In this document: in pieces, positions 9,537 to 18,622 of the stretch | Position numbering within the stretch: position 1 is the stretch's first letter | How the letters are laid out: each line of letters opens with the position of its first letter | Source: an uncultured Candidatus Saccharibacteria bacterium | GTDB taxonomy: Bacteria > Patescibacteriota > Minisyncoccia > Phycocordibacterales > UBA9973 | Direction of reading: 5' to 3' | DNA length: 64,000 nucleotides | Assembly: GCA_964634365.1 (NCBI GenBank) | Contig: CAZWJU010000002.1 | Location: 32,069 to 96,068, forward strand | The notes under the pieces: model-generated | The model's input: the letters and a program-made list of their open reading frames with translations, nothing else | What the model was told of the DNA's origin: nothing | The model's database searches: none | Made by a program: the position numbers and the translations under genes

Positions 9537-10184
9537 TTAACAAGCAAAACCACCTCCATCACAAGCATCAACTGGTCCGTCAGATACACTGATCTGGCCA
9601 GTAGGCCATATGGAAATATTCATATTGGCACCTTTTGGAGAAACTATTTCTATTTTTGCACCCGATGATAATTCATATAAAGTATCAAATTTTGTGCCGT
9701 ATATTTTAGGTTCTGGAAAAGGTCTGACATAGGTAACAGACAAATCTTCGTACCCACAAGAACCATCATGAGTACAGATATCAGATATCGCATCACCTGA
9801 TTGAATTGTTGTTGTAGACAGACATTCAATACCAAGCTCCCCTGGTGTGTCGCAATCACCATCAAAAAGAAAATTTCTAGGAGAACCTAAGTCTCTAAAA
9901 TAAATAAACGACTCTGGTGTATCCATATCAAAATAAATTCCGTATGAAGGTGGCTGACCACTATCTAAACCTCCAGTAAGTCTTCCAGATATAGCGTTTG
10001 TCTGAGCTTTTTTAATATGCAAAGCTATGTCTTGAGATAGATTTTGAAGTGAAGCTTTTGTAGAAAAATCTGAAAAGTTAAAAAGTGTGACACTAGATAT
10101 AATACCAACTATAGACAAAACCACTATGAGCTCTATAAAAGTCATCCCCTTTTTGTATTTATAATTTTCTTTAAAAATTTTCAT
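9537..10184 (-). CDS. Minor type IV pilin (FimT/GspH-like)
   Basis: G|MTFIELIVVL prepilin motif. Confidence 0.85.
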   Translation of the reverse strand: MKIFKENYKYKKGMTFIELIVVLSIVGIISSVTLFNFSDFSTKASLQNLSQDIALHIKKAQTNAISGRLTGGLDSGQPPSYGIYFDMDTPESFIYFRDLGSPRNFLFDGDCDTPGELGIECLSTTTIQSGDAISDICTHDGSCGYEDLSVTYVRPFPEPKIYGTKFDTLYELSSGAKIEIVSPKGANMNISIWPTGQISVSDGPVDACDGGGFAC

Positions 10185-10991
10185 TTAGAAAAATAAACTA
10201 CTTAAAAATCTAGAGAGTGATTCGAAAGATGTTCCGAAAATATATACAAACAATGTTCCAAATACTAAAAACGGACCAAAAGGAATCTCACTTTTCATAG
10301 TATATCTAGAATGCCTAGCTATTAGAAGTATTATAGAAACGATTGCACCCACCCAAAAAGAAATCATGAGAGCCGCAATCCCGTGAGATAGACCGAGGAA
10401 AAATCCCATACCCATCATGAGCTTTAGATCGCCAAAACCCATCAGTCTACCTTTTGATAAAAGCCAGAGTATATAAAAAGGTAGTGGTATGAGTATCCCT
10501 GCAAAAGCATCTATAGGATCTGGGGTAATAATCCCATAAGCATTTGAAAACATTCCCAAGAAACTAACCAAAATAAAAGTGTAGACTAAGGCGTTTGGAA
10601 TAATCTTGTGACGAATGTCGTATACAGCTATCACTATAAGCAATGAAGCCATAAACATAGAATATATAAGTGGAGCAACAGTAACGAAAGAAACTGTTTC
10701 AGAAGATAAGAACTTATTGGCTAGAAATACAAAGATAAAAGCTGTAGATATTTCAACAAGTGGGTATTGGATAGAGATTTTTGATTTACAAACTGAACAC
10801 TTACCACGTAAAAATATGTAACTGAAAATCGGAAAAAGTTCATACCAATGAAGAGTCTTGCCACAAGACAGACACATGGATCTACCACCTAGTCCCCAAC
10901 CAGTCTGGTAACGGTATATAACAACATTCAAGAAACTTCCGATAAAGAGTCCTAGGATAAATATTATAAATATTGGTAAAAAAGTATTCAT
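10185..10991 (-). CDS. pilD: Prepilin peptidase (A24)
   Basis: GSFLNVVIYR, RSMC..C, GKC..C, MGFGDLKL, IPFGPFL. Confidence 0.95.
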   Translation of the reverse strand: MNTFLPIFIIFILGLFIGSFLNVVIYRYQTGWGLGGRSMCLSCGKTLHWYELFPIFSYIFLRGKCSVCKSKISIQYPLVEISTAFIFVFLANKFLSSETVSFVTVAPLIYSMFMASLLIVIAVYDIRHKIIPNALVYTFILVSFLGMFSNAYGIITPDPIDAFAGILIPLPFYILWLLSKGRLMGFGDLKLMMGMGFFLGLSHGIAALMISFWVGAIVSIILLIARHSRYTMKSEIPFGPFLVFGTLFVYIFGTSFESLSRFLSSLFF

Positions 10992-10998
10992 TTATATT

Positions 10999-11511
10999 TT
11001 ATGGTACTAGGTCGTAACATTTTCCACCAGCAGGCTCTATAGCAGTACCCTTGCAAGACTGTGTATCATCGCCACGAATAGAGTCGGAATTTAAGCCGTT
11101 TAGGTTATCACATAGGTTTAGACCAGTCCCTATTAAACCTGTATTTGTAGATGTAAGGTCACGATCAGTTTGCAATACGTTATTATTTTTTTCTAAAGAA
11201 GTACCAATATGATATGAAGAACATTGACCACCAGACCCACCCAAGCCTATGTAATATACTCCAGTTGGAAGTGAGGGTATGTATGTTGGAGAGAGAGTTG
11301 CTGCTGTCTGAGGATAGTAACCATTTGCGCTGAAATATAAATTCAACGCATTGACCACAGATTTTAATTCTGTAATTTTTTTTGTATCGCGACCACCGGC
11401 ACGTGCTGATGAAACCGAAGCGAATATTACAGAAGCTATAATTCCGATTATAGCAATAACGATAAGGAGTTCCAAAAGAGTAAAACCTTTAAAGTTTTTA
11501 TATTTTTTCAT
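10999..11511 (-). CDS. Type IV pilin / GspG-like pseudopilin
   Basis: G|FTLLELLIVIAIIG; ALNLYF...GYYP. Confidence 0.88.
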   Translation of the reverse strand: MKKYKNFKGFTLLELLIVIAIIGIIASVIFASVSSARAGGRDTKKITELKSVVNALNLYFSANGYYPQTAATLSPTYIPSLPTGVYYIGLGGSGGQCSSYHIGTSLEKNNNVLQTDRDLTSTNTGLIGTGLNLCDNLNGLNSDSIRGDDTQSCKGTAIEPAGGKCYDLVP

Positions 11512-11577
11512 GAAAAATTACCTTAATAACAATAAATTAAGTATACCATGTAGTATTCTATGGTGTAACGAATGCTG

Positions 11578-11621
11578 ATGTGCAAAACAAAAACCGCGAA
11601 AGCGGTTTTTGTTTTGCACAT
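11578..11621 (-). terminator. Strong terminator after the major pilin gene
   Basis: 20-bp perfect stem ATGTGCAAAACAAAAACCGC-gaaa-GCGGTTTTTGTTTTGCACAT. Confidence 0.85.
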
Positions 11622-11632
11622 TCATTACCAGA

Positions 11633-12088
11633 TTAAGAACAAGTAGTTCCAGATGCTGCCAAGAAGTTACTAGTAACTATAGCCGCACCAGTGTTATCTA
11701 CACAGAAAGACACACCTGTGTTAAGAGGAACCTGAGCTGCCCAACCTGTTGATGAGTCGTGGCATACTGGAACAGTCGCAGTTGCTACAGTTGCATCAGC
11801 TGCTGTAAATGTTGAAGTAGAACCATTCTTAGCTTTCCATGCTGCAAGTACACTGTCTCCAATAACGTTTGTTCCTGTCGCTGCACAAACCAGATCGTAT
11901 GTTCCTGCTGTATCATAGAATAATTCTGCCTCTGCACGAGCATTAGACAAGTTTGCCTTAACAGCAGCATCTGCACCCTTTGTACGTGCTGTGTTAAGTG
12001 AAGCCAAAACTACTGAAGCTAGGATACCGATGATTGCGATAACAACCAAGAGTTCTATAAGTGTGAAACCTTTGTTTTTTTGTGACAT
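11633..12088 (-). CDS. Probable major type IV pilin
   Basis: G|FTLIELLVVIAIIGILA; first gene of the pilin cluster, followed by a terminator. Confidence 0.88.
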   Translation of the reverse strand: MSQKNKGFTLIELLVVIAIIGILASVVLASLNTARTKGADAAVKANLSNARAEAELFYDTAGTYDLVCAATGTNVIGDSVLAAWKAKNGSTSTFTAADATVATATVPVCHDSSTGWAAQVPLNTGVSFCVDNTGAAIVTSNFLAASGTTCS

Positions 12089-12283
12089 ATAAAATAAAAC
12101 TTTTTTTAAAATTTGTCGCTTTCATTAACCGATTGCGACGCGACCTATTTATAATACCTAAAGTATACCACGAAAGCGTTTTTACTAAGTAAACCCCCTA
12201 GGTGTGGATAAATAAGTGTTATTTGTGGCCTTATTTTATTATAAAATTAAAGATATTTTCTTTAACAAAAAAATAACGAAAAA

Positions 12284-15193
12284 ATGAAAAAGATTACTCT
12301 AACATTTTTACTGATACTTTTGATAGTATCTGCATGCCTATCACAAACAGTGGTAGATGGATTTCAATATATTCTAGGCGACAAAGGTATCGACAGTATT
12401 ACAAATACAGAATACCAAGTTGCAGAACAAATTAATCCAGCAACATACACCGTCGTTGGCTATGCTGATATTGAGATTAATGAAATGTATCCATATTTCA
12501 TAAGCTCAACACCAAACAGAGGGTCGGTGACTATATCAGACAGACATAACGACAGTGATGATGGCGACTGGTCCCCTGGTGGAATACATCCGGGGGAAGA
12601 TTGGAACTATGGAAGTGTGGGTGAAGATATTGGAATGCCTATATACGCTACAGCAAATGGAGTTATACACGATTTTCGAATGCTGTCATATCCAATCAAT
12701 AAGTCTGGGTGGTGCATGGTAATAAAACACTTCATGCCCGATGGTTCATATGTGTATAGTTTTTATATGCATATAACAAATATCGCAAATACCGACGGCG
12801 CAATATGTCTAAATGAAAGTGATTTTGGTTTTTCTATAGGCGAAGAAGTAACAAGAGGTCAAATGATTGCACGAATAGGAAATGTAACTAGTTTTGGTAG
12901 TCATTGCCATTTTGAAATCAGAAGCTTGTATGACCAAGAGTTGGACCTGTGGCCAAATGGACCAGGTGGGCGTTATCCTGAATATTCCAATTCATACAAA
13001 TATGCAATTGATATAGAAAATGTAGCTCTTGCTTACTATGAAATGCAATTAGATGGAATTTTAGATGCATCAGATTTTATTGACACACATAGACCGAGTG
13101 AATTTATTGAAACTGAACCAGTCTGTATAGACCCAGAGATTGAATGGCAAAATACTATTGGAGGAATAAGCAATGATGAACTGTATGTGGTAAAAAAAGT
13201 TTCTAATGGCTACATATTGGGAGGTAATTCTAATTCTGATATATCTATAGACAAAATAGAAATATCAAATGGCGGGATTGATTACTGGATAATAAAGACA
13301 GATGATACGGGTATGATTCAATGGCAGAATACTATTGGAGGAAGTGGCGATGATAGATTATGTTATATTAGCCAGACTACAGATAATGGTTATATATTAG
13401 GAGGATGCTCAAATTCTGGTATTTCAGGAGATAAAAATGAATCATCTTATGGTGCACAAGATTTATGGATAGTAAAAATAGACTCTATCGGGAATATACA
13501 GTGGCAGAATACTATTGGAGGAAGTGGCGATGATATATTGTCGTCTATAAAACAAACCGTAGACGGAGGTTATATACTAGGAAGTTATTCAAATTCTAAT
13601 ATATCAGGAGATAAAGCTGAAGCTAGTTTGGGCGGGATTGATTACTGGATACTTAAATTAGATTTTTCAGGTAATGTACAGTGGCAGAATACTATTGGAG
13701 GAAGTGATGGAGATTACTTGTACGATATTATTCAAACATCCGATAATCAGTATTTACTTGGTGGCTATTCAAATTCTAGTATTTCGGTAGATAAAACTGA
13801 AGCAACCAATGGCAATAATGATTATTGGATAATCAAGATAGATGATTTTGGTGATATACAATGGCAAAATACTATTGGAGGAAGTGGCGATGATATATTA
13901 TTTTCAATACAAGAAATACCAAGTAGCGGTTATTTAATAGGTGGTAAATCTGGATCTAATATTTCAGGAGATAAAAGTGAAAATAGTCTAGGATACCTTG
14001 ATTACTGGATACTTAAATTAGATTTTTCAGGTAATGTACAGTGGCAGAATACTATTGGAGGAAATTTAGACGACAATTTAACAAGTATTTCAAAAACTGG
14101 CGATAATGGAGTGCTCATTTCTGGCTACTCAAATTCTGGTATTTCAGGAGATAAAAATGAAGCTCTAATTGGAATATATGATGGGTGGATAGTAAAAATA
14201 GACTCTATCGGGAATATACAGTGGCAGAATACTATTGGAGGAACCGGATATGATTTTTTATATTGCACTCAAGAAATATCCAGTGGTGAATATATTCTGG
14301 GATTCACTTCAGGATCTACTATTTCCGGAGATAAAGATGAAGATAATCTGGGAAACTATGATTATTGGGTAATTAAATTATTTGGTACCTGTAACCCATC
14401 CACTGAAATTTGCAATACTTTCGATGACGATTGTGATGGACTTATCGACGAAGACCTGGAACCATCTATATCAATCGAAGCATTGGGGTCTACAACCTTC
14501 TGCCAAGGAAGTAGTGTCGTGCTTACAGCAACCCATACCGGAACATCAGTACAGTGGTATAAAAATGGATCAATAATTTCTGGCGCAACTTACGATTTTA
14601 TAACCGTATCTGCGACCGGAAACTATACATGCATAAGCTCCAATGAATGTGCAAGTACAACTTCAAACTCTGTAATTGTAAACGTAAATAAAAATCCATC
14701 TGCAAATATAACAGCGGGCGGTCCAACTAGTTTCTGTTTTGGAGGAAGTGTCACACTTACAGCAAACACTGGGGCTTCACTATCCTACCAATGGTACAAA
14801 GGTGCAACAGCCATCGCTGGAGCAACTAGTATAAATTACGTAGCTACAACTTCTGGAAACTACAAATGTAGAGTAACCAAAACTGCCACAGGGTGTTACA
14901 AGAATTCAAATACTATAACAGTATCTGTAACCTGCCGAGAAGGTGTATCGATAGATCAAATACTTAGCCCAAATCCAGCGAGCAATATCTTGTATGTGGA
15001 TTTGATGGATTTTGAAAGTGACGCTTTGGATATATACATGATCAACAATATAGGTCAAAAAGTCCTTGCCAAAAAAACCGAAGGAGGACACCTGATTGAT
15101 CTTGATATATCTTCCCTGCCAAAAGGGCTGTACTCATTTTTCATAATGAAAGAAGGTTTTATTATTTACTCAGAAAAATTTATCGTCGAGTAG
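12284..15193 (+). CDS. Secreted multidomain protein: M23 peptidase + seven 60-aa repeats + Ig-like domains + T9SS-type C-terminal sorting domain
   Basis: Signal peptide; HPGED and HCHFEIR M23 motifs; (W)QNTIGG repeats; EICNTFDDDCDGLIDE; SYQWYK Ig-like; LSPNPASNIL...ISSLPKGLY...EKFIVE. Confidence 0.82.
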   Translation: MKKITLTFLLILLIVSACLSQTVVDGFQYILGDKGIDSITNTEYQVAEQINPATYTVVGYADIEINEMYPYFISSTPNRGSVTISDRHNDSDDGDWSPGGIHPGEDWNYGSVGEDIGMPIYATANGVIHDFRMLSYPINKSGWCMVIKHFMPDGSYVYSFYMHITNIANTDGAICLNESDFGFSIGEEVTRGQMIARIGNVTSFGSHCHFEIRSLYDQELDLWPNGPGGRYPEYSNSYKYAIDIENVALAYYEMQLDGILDASDFIDTHRPSEFIETEPVCIDPEIEWQNTIGGISNDELYVVKKVSNGYILGGNSNSDISIDKIEISNGGIDYWIIKTDDTGMIQWQNTIGGSGDDRLCYISQTTDNGYILGGCSNSGISGDKNESSYGAQDLWIVKIDSIGNIQWQNTIGGSGDDILSSIKQTVDGGYILGSYSNSNISGDKAEASLGGIDYWILKLDFSGNVQWQNTIGGSDGDYLYDIIQTSDNQYLLGGYSNSSISVDKTEATNGNNDYWIIKIDDFGDIQWQNTIGGSGDDILFSIQEIPSSGYLIGGKSGSNISGDKSENSLGYLDYWILKLDFSGNVQWQNTIGGNLDDNLTSISKTGDNGVLISGYSNSGISGDKNEALIGIYDGWIVKIDSIGNIQWQNTIGGTGYDFLYCTQEISSGEYILGFTSGSTISGDKDEDNLGNYDYWVIKLFGTCNPSTEICNTFDDDCDGLIDEDLEPSISIEALGSTTFCQGSSVVLTATHTGTSVQWYKNGSIISGATYDFITVSATGNYTCISSNECASTTSNSVIVNVNKNPSANITAGGPTSFCFGGSVTLTANTGASLSYQWYKGATAIAGATSINYVATTSGNYKCRVTKTATGCYKNSNTITVSVTCREGVSIDQILSPNPASNILYVDLMDFESDALDIYMINNIGQKVLAKKTEGGHLIDLDISSLPKGLYSFFIMKEGFIIYSEKFIVE
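13145..14380 (+). repeat. Seven intragenic ~180-bp tandem repeats
   Basis: TGGCA(A/G)AATACTATTGGAGGA at 13145, 13322, 13502, 13682, 13862, 14042, 14222. Confidence 0.93.
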
Positions 15194-15202
15194 ATATAAA
15201 CT

Positions 15203-15230
15203 AAAAACTCTGCAAATTTGCAGAGTTTTT
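15203..15230 (+). terminator. Terminator hairpin
   Basis: AAAAACTCTGCAA-at-TTGCAGAGTTTTT. Confidence 0.75.
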
Positions 15231-15274
15231 TATATAAATAAAAGCTTTTAAATTTTGGTGATATAATTGTTGAT

Positions 15275-15853
15275 ATGAAAAACCAAAAGAACTTACTTGT
15301 GTCAATCTTAGTTATTTTACTTGTTTTTGTTTGTATATATTTACTCATAAAAGATACACACAAAGACAGCACTGTCGTTTCAAATGATTCTGAAATACAG
15401 ACAGATTACTACGCAGGTCCTTTTAGTTGCACTGCTGGAGGATACAATCAAACAGGAGAAGGTATACTCGATACTTATACTGTAAAATCAGGAGATTCTC
15501 TTCTCTCTATATCTAAAAACATATACGGAGATTCTTCTCGTATTTCAGACTTAGTTTTTCTGAACAAGCATACTTACAACTCACTTTCTACAGACTCTCC
15601 ATTTATTGAAATCGGATGGACTCTCTTACTGCCAGAAAAAGATATCAGAATCGACAGCAGAGGAATGACCGTAAGTAGTGGTCAGGTAATAAAATTAGAT
15701 ACCGATCAAATCATAATAAAAACAAGCGATTATTCAGCTTCATACCACTTCTACTCAGATCATACCTCCCTTTCACTACCAGATATAAAACCAGGTGATT
15801 GTATACATGTCTACAATTCTGGCTCTCATATATATAAAATAGAAATGCAATAA
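15275..15853 (+). CDS. Membrane-anchored LysM-domain protein
   Basis: N-terminal TM; YTVKSGDSLLSISKNIYG...LN...IEIGWTLLLP. Confidence 0.85.
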   Translation: MKNQKNLLVSILVILLVFVCIYLLIKDTHKDSTVVSNDSEIQTDYYAGPFSCTAGGYNQTGEGILDTYTVKSGDSLLSISKNIYGDSSRISDLVFLNKHTYNSLSTDSPFIEIGWTLLLPEKDIRIDSRGMTVSSGQVIKLDTDQIIIKTSDYSASYHFYSDHTSLSLPDIKPGDCIHVYNSGSHIYKIEMQ

Positions 15854-15893
15854 AATTAAAAACATTCTAGATAAATCTAGAATGTTTTTAATT
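15854..15893. terminator. Bidirectional terminator
   Basis: 19-bp perfect stem AATTAAAAACATTCTAGAT-aa-ATCTAGAATGTTTTTAATT between convergent genes. Confidence 0.78.
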
Positions 15894-15903
15894 AATTTAT
15901 CTT

Positions 15904-17106
15904 TTACTGTATCCCCCCTGCGATGTTGTAGATAGGCACAAGTACTGATGCGAGAAGCACACCGACGCCGAGACCCAGTGCCACGATCATGATAGGTTCG
16001 ATAAGTGAGACGAGTGTATCCACTGCATCATCAACTTCACGCTTGTAGAACTTTGCAAGAGTTTTCAGAATTGATCCTAAAGATCCAGTCTCCTCACCCA
16101 CCTTCACCATCTGCACCAAAATCGGTGGGATTGGTTCATGTTTTGCAAATGCATCAGATAGTGATGACCCACCTTTTACATCTTCTTCGGCCTTTTTTAA
16201 AATATCAGAGTAAACACGATTTCCTACAACATCCCCTGTGATTTCTATAGAACGCACGATTGATATACCAGAGGAAAGCATTGTATCTAAGTTGTCAGCA
16301 ATACGAGCAAGGTAAAGTTTCTTGAAAAGTTTACCTATGATTGGAAAAGAGATTTTTAGCCCATCTAAATATTGCTTGCCAGAATCAGTTCTAGAAAGAT
16401 GCCAAACATATACTCCTGCTATGACAAAAAATATCAATATAAACAATCCATAGTTTACAAAGAAATCACTTGCTCCGATCACCGCTTTTGTATAAAGAGG
16501 TATATCCTGACCACTCTCAGTAATAATAGAAGAAAGCTTCGGTATAACTATAGTAAACATGAGCCCCATCACAACAAAGAAAGTAAATATAACAAAAGCT
16601 GGATATATAAGAGCGTTGCGAGTTTTTGATGTAAGAGAGTAGTTTCGATCTAGATAGTCAGCTAGAAAATTAAATGTATCATTTAGTTTTCCAGATTCTT
16701 CTCCTGCTTTTACCATGTTTACATAGAAAGTTGAAAACACATCTGGGTGCTTCGCCAGAGCTCCTGAAATCGAGTACCCTGCCTGCAGGTCGTCCACTAT
16801 TTGGTTTAGATTTCTTGAAAGCAATGGGTTCTCTACGTTTGAAGCAAGAAGTGAAAAAGCTTTCAGTGCAGATACTTGGGCTTCGAAAAGAGTCGCAATT
16901 TGTCGTGAAAGTATAACCACGTCTTTTGCTGGAACATGTTCGAACACTGACATCTGCAAAAGACTTTTATCTTCCTCGCCTTTTATAGACACAACTATAA
17001 AACCACGACGCTGAAGTGCCGCGATAGCCAAGTCTTTTGTTTGAGCATCGATTGAACCTTCTTTTTGCTCGCCTGTATTTGAAACAACTTTGTATTTGAA
17101 AGTCAT
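15904..17106 (-). CDS. pilC: Type IV pilus platform protein (T2SSF family)
   Basis: RQIATL, GEESGKL, ALIYP, GEETGSL, LIEPIMI. Confidence 0.95.
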   Translation of the reverse strand: MTFKYKVVSNTGEQKEGSIDAQTKDLAIAALQRRGFIVVSIKGEEDKSLLQMSVFEHVPAKDVVILSRQIATLFEAQVSALKAFSLLASNVENPLLSRNLNQIVDDLQAGYSISGALAKHPDVFSTFYVNMVKAGEESGKLNDTFNFLADYLDRNYSLTSKTRNALIYPAFVIFTFFVVMGLMFTIVIPKLSSIITESGQDIPLYTKAVIGASDFFVNYGLFILIFFVIAGVYVWHLSRTDSGKQYLDGLKISFPIIGKLFKKLYLARIADNLDTMLSSGISIVRSIEITGDVVGNRVYSDILKKAEEDVKGGSSLSDAFAKHEPIPPILVQMVKVGEETGSLGSILKTLAKFYKREVDDAVDTLVSLIEPIMIVALGLGVGVLLASVLVPIYNIAGGIQ

Positions 17107-17116
17107 GGTTTAAAAA

Positions 17117-18175
17117 TTAAAGTAATCGCTCTAAAGCTTTTGGGTTAAGTGAATATAGGTAAGCGTTGTCCATAGTGATCTGTCCTGCACGCACAAGCTC
17201 AACAAGAGAGCGGTTCATATCTATCATGCCATGTTCATATCCAGTTTCTATTACTACATCTATCTCGTGAGTTCGCTTTTCACGAATTAGATTTTGTACT
17301 GCATTGTTGTTCACAAGAAGCTCATAAGCTGGGACGAGTCCACCAGTTATACAAGGTATAAGTCTCTGAGAAAATATTCCAATCAAACTCGAAGCAAGTT
17401 GTATACGAATCTGATCTTGCTGACCAGGTGGAAATGCGTCGATTATACGATCAATAGTCTGAGAAGCATTGTTTGTGTGTAGAGTAGAAAAAACCAAGTG
17501 ACCAGTCTCAGCAGCTGTAACAGCAGTAGATATAGTTTCGGCGTTGCGCATCTCACCTATCAGTATTACATTTACATCTTCACGGAATACAGATTTTAAA
17601 GCTGAGTTGAAATCTTTTGTATCTATACCAACTTCACGTTGATCTATAATAGAGTGTTTTGGTGTATACATATATTCTATCGGGTCTTCGATAGTAACTA
17701 TGTGTTCTGCGCGTTCGTTGTTTATGAGATTCACCATAGAAGCGAGTGTTGTAGACTTACCCTGACCAACCGGTCCTACTACTAGGAAGAATCCTTGTTT
17801 CTTTCTGCAAAAAGTTTCGATGATTGGTGGAAGTCTAAGTTCAGCAAGAGTTTTAACTTGTGGTATAAGTCTTAGAGCAATCCCTGCTATACCTTTTGAA
17901 AAGAAAGCGTTACCGCGAAGTCTCGCCTCCCCTTTGAAGTCGTATGAAAAATCAATCTCCTGATCTTCTAAAAATTTCTTGTATTTAACGTCATCCAATA
18001 ACTCTTTTAGGATTCCTAGTGAGTCTTCTTTTGTGTATACACTATGTTTAACTAAAAAGTTCAATTGTCCTGAAACACGTATCGCAGGATAACGCATCCC
18101 AGCAATATGAAGATCGGACCCGCCTTCGCGGATTAGGGTAGTCAATAAATCTTCGAGTTCTTTTGCGTAATCCAT
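17117..18175 (-). CDS. pilT: Type IV pilus retraction ATPase
   Basis: GSDLHI, GPVGQGKST, TIEDPIE, GEMR, TGHLVFSTLH. Confidence 0.94.
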   Translation of the reverse strand: MDYAKELEDLLTTLIREGGSDLHIAGMRYPAIRVSGQLNFLVKHSVYTKEDSLGILKELLDDVKYKKFLEDQEIDFSYDFKGEARLRGNAFFSKGIAGIALRLIPQVKTLAELRLPPIIETFCRKKQGFFLVVGPVGQGKSTTLASMVNLINNERAEHIVTIEDPIEYMYTPKHSIIDQREVGIDTKDFNSALKSVFREDVNVILIGEMRNAETISTAVTAAETGHLVFSTLHTNNASQTIDRIIDAFPPGQQDQIRIQLASSLIGIFSQRLIPCITGGLVPAYELLVNNNAVQNLIREKRTHEIDVVIETGYEHGMIDMNRSLVELVRAGQITMDNAYLYSLNPKALERLL

Positions 18176-18177
18176 AA

Positions 18178-18579
18178 TTATCTTGGTAGTTGTTTTGTAA
18201 CAATTTCAGTTACCTTAGTAATAACTTCACTTGGTGTACTAGAAGCCTTAACAATATAACCAGCTACTCCCAAGGTGGCACCGCGTTCTATATCAGATTG
18301 CTGACCACGATTTGAAAGTATTATTTTCATTACACCCTCGGCAATTTTTTCATCTCGCAACTTTTCAAGCAGCTCAAATCCGTCCATCCCAGGCATAACA
18401 ACGTCCATCAACATAACATCCGGAGAAGCACCTGCTTTTAGTTTTTCATAAGCAGCCATAGAGCCGAGTGCAGTGTCTACAGAAAACTTAGGCTCCTGAG
18501 AAAATTTCATCGCATACATATCGAGTAGAAAATTGTCGTCGTCGATAATTAAGATTTTGTATTTTTTACTGTCGTCCAT
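18178..18579 (-). CDS. Single-domain response regulator within pil operon
   Basis: ILIIDDD, LMDVVMPGMDG, YIVK. Confidence 0.92.
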   Translation of the reverse strand: MDDSKKYKILIIDDDNFLLDMYAMKFSQEPKFSVDTALGSMAAYEKLKAGASPDVMLMDVVMPGMDGFELLEKLRDEKIAEGVMKIILSNRGQQSDIERGATLGVAGYIVKASSTPSEVITKVTEIVTKQLPR

Positions 18580-18622
18580 AATTGCTTCTAATTATACTAT
18601 AAAGCCACTTACTTTTACCAAT

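Noticed and set aside
13145-14380. Regularly spaced repeats as a CRISPR array
   Set aside because: The 180-bp period is in frame within a protein, the spacers are homologous, and no cas genes are present
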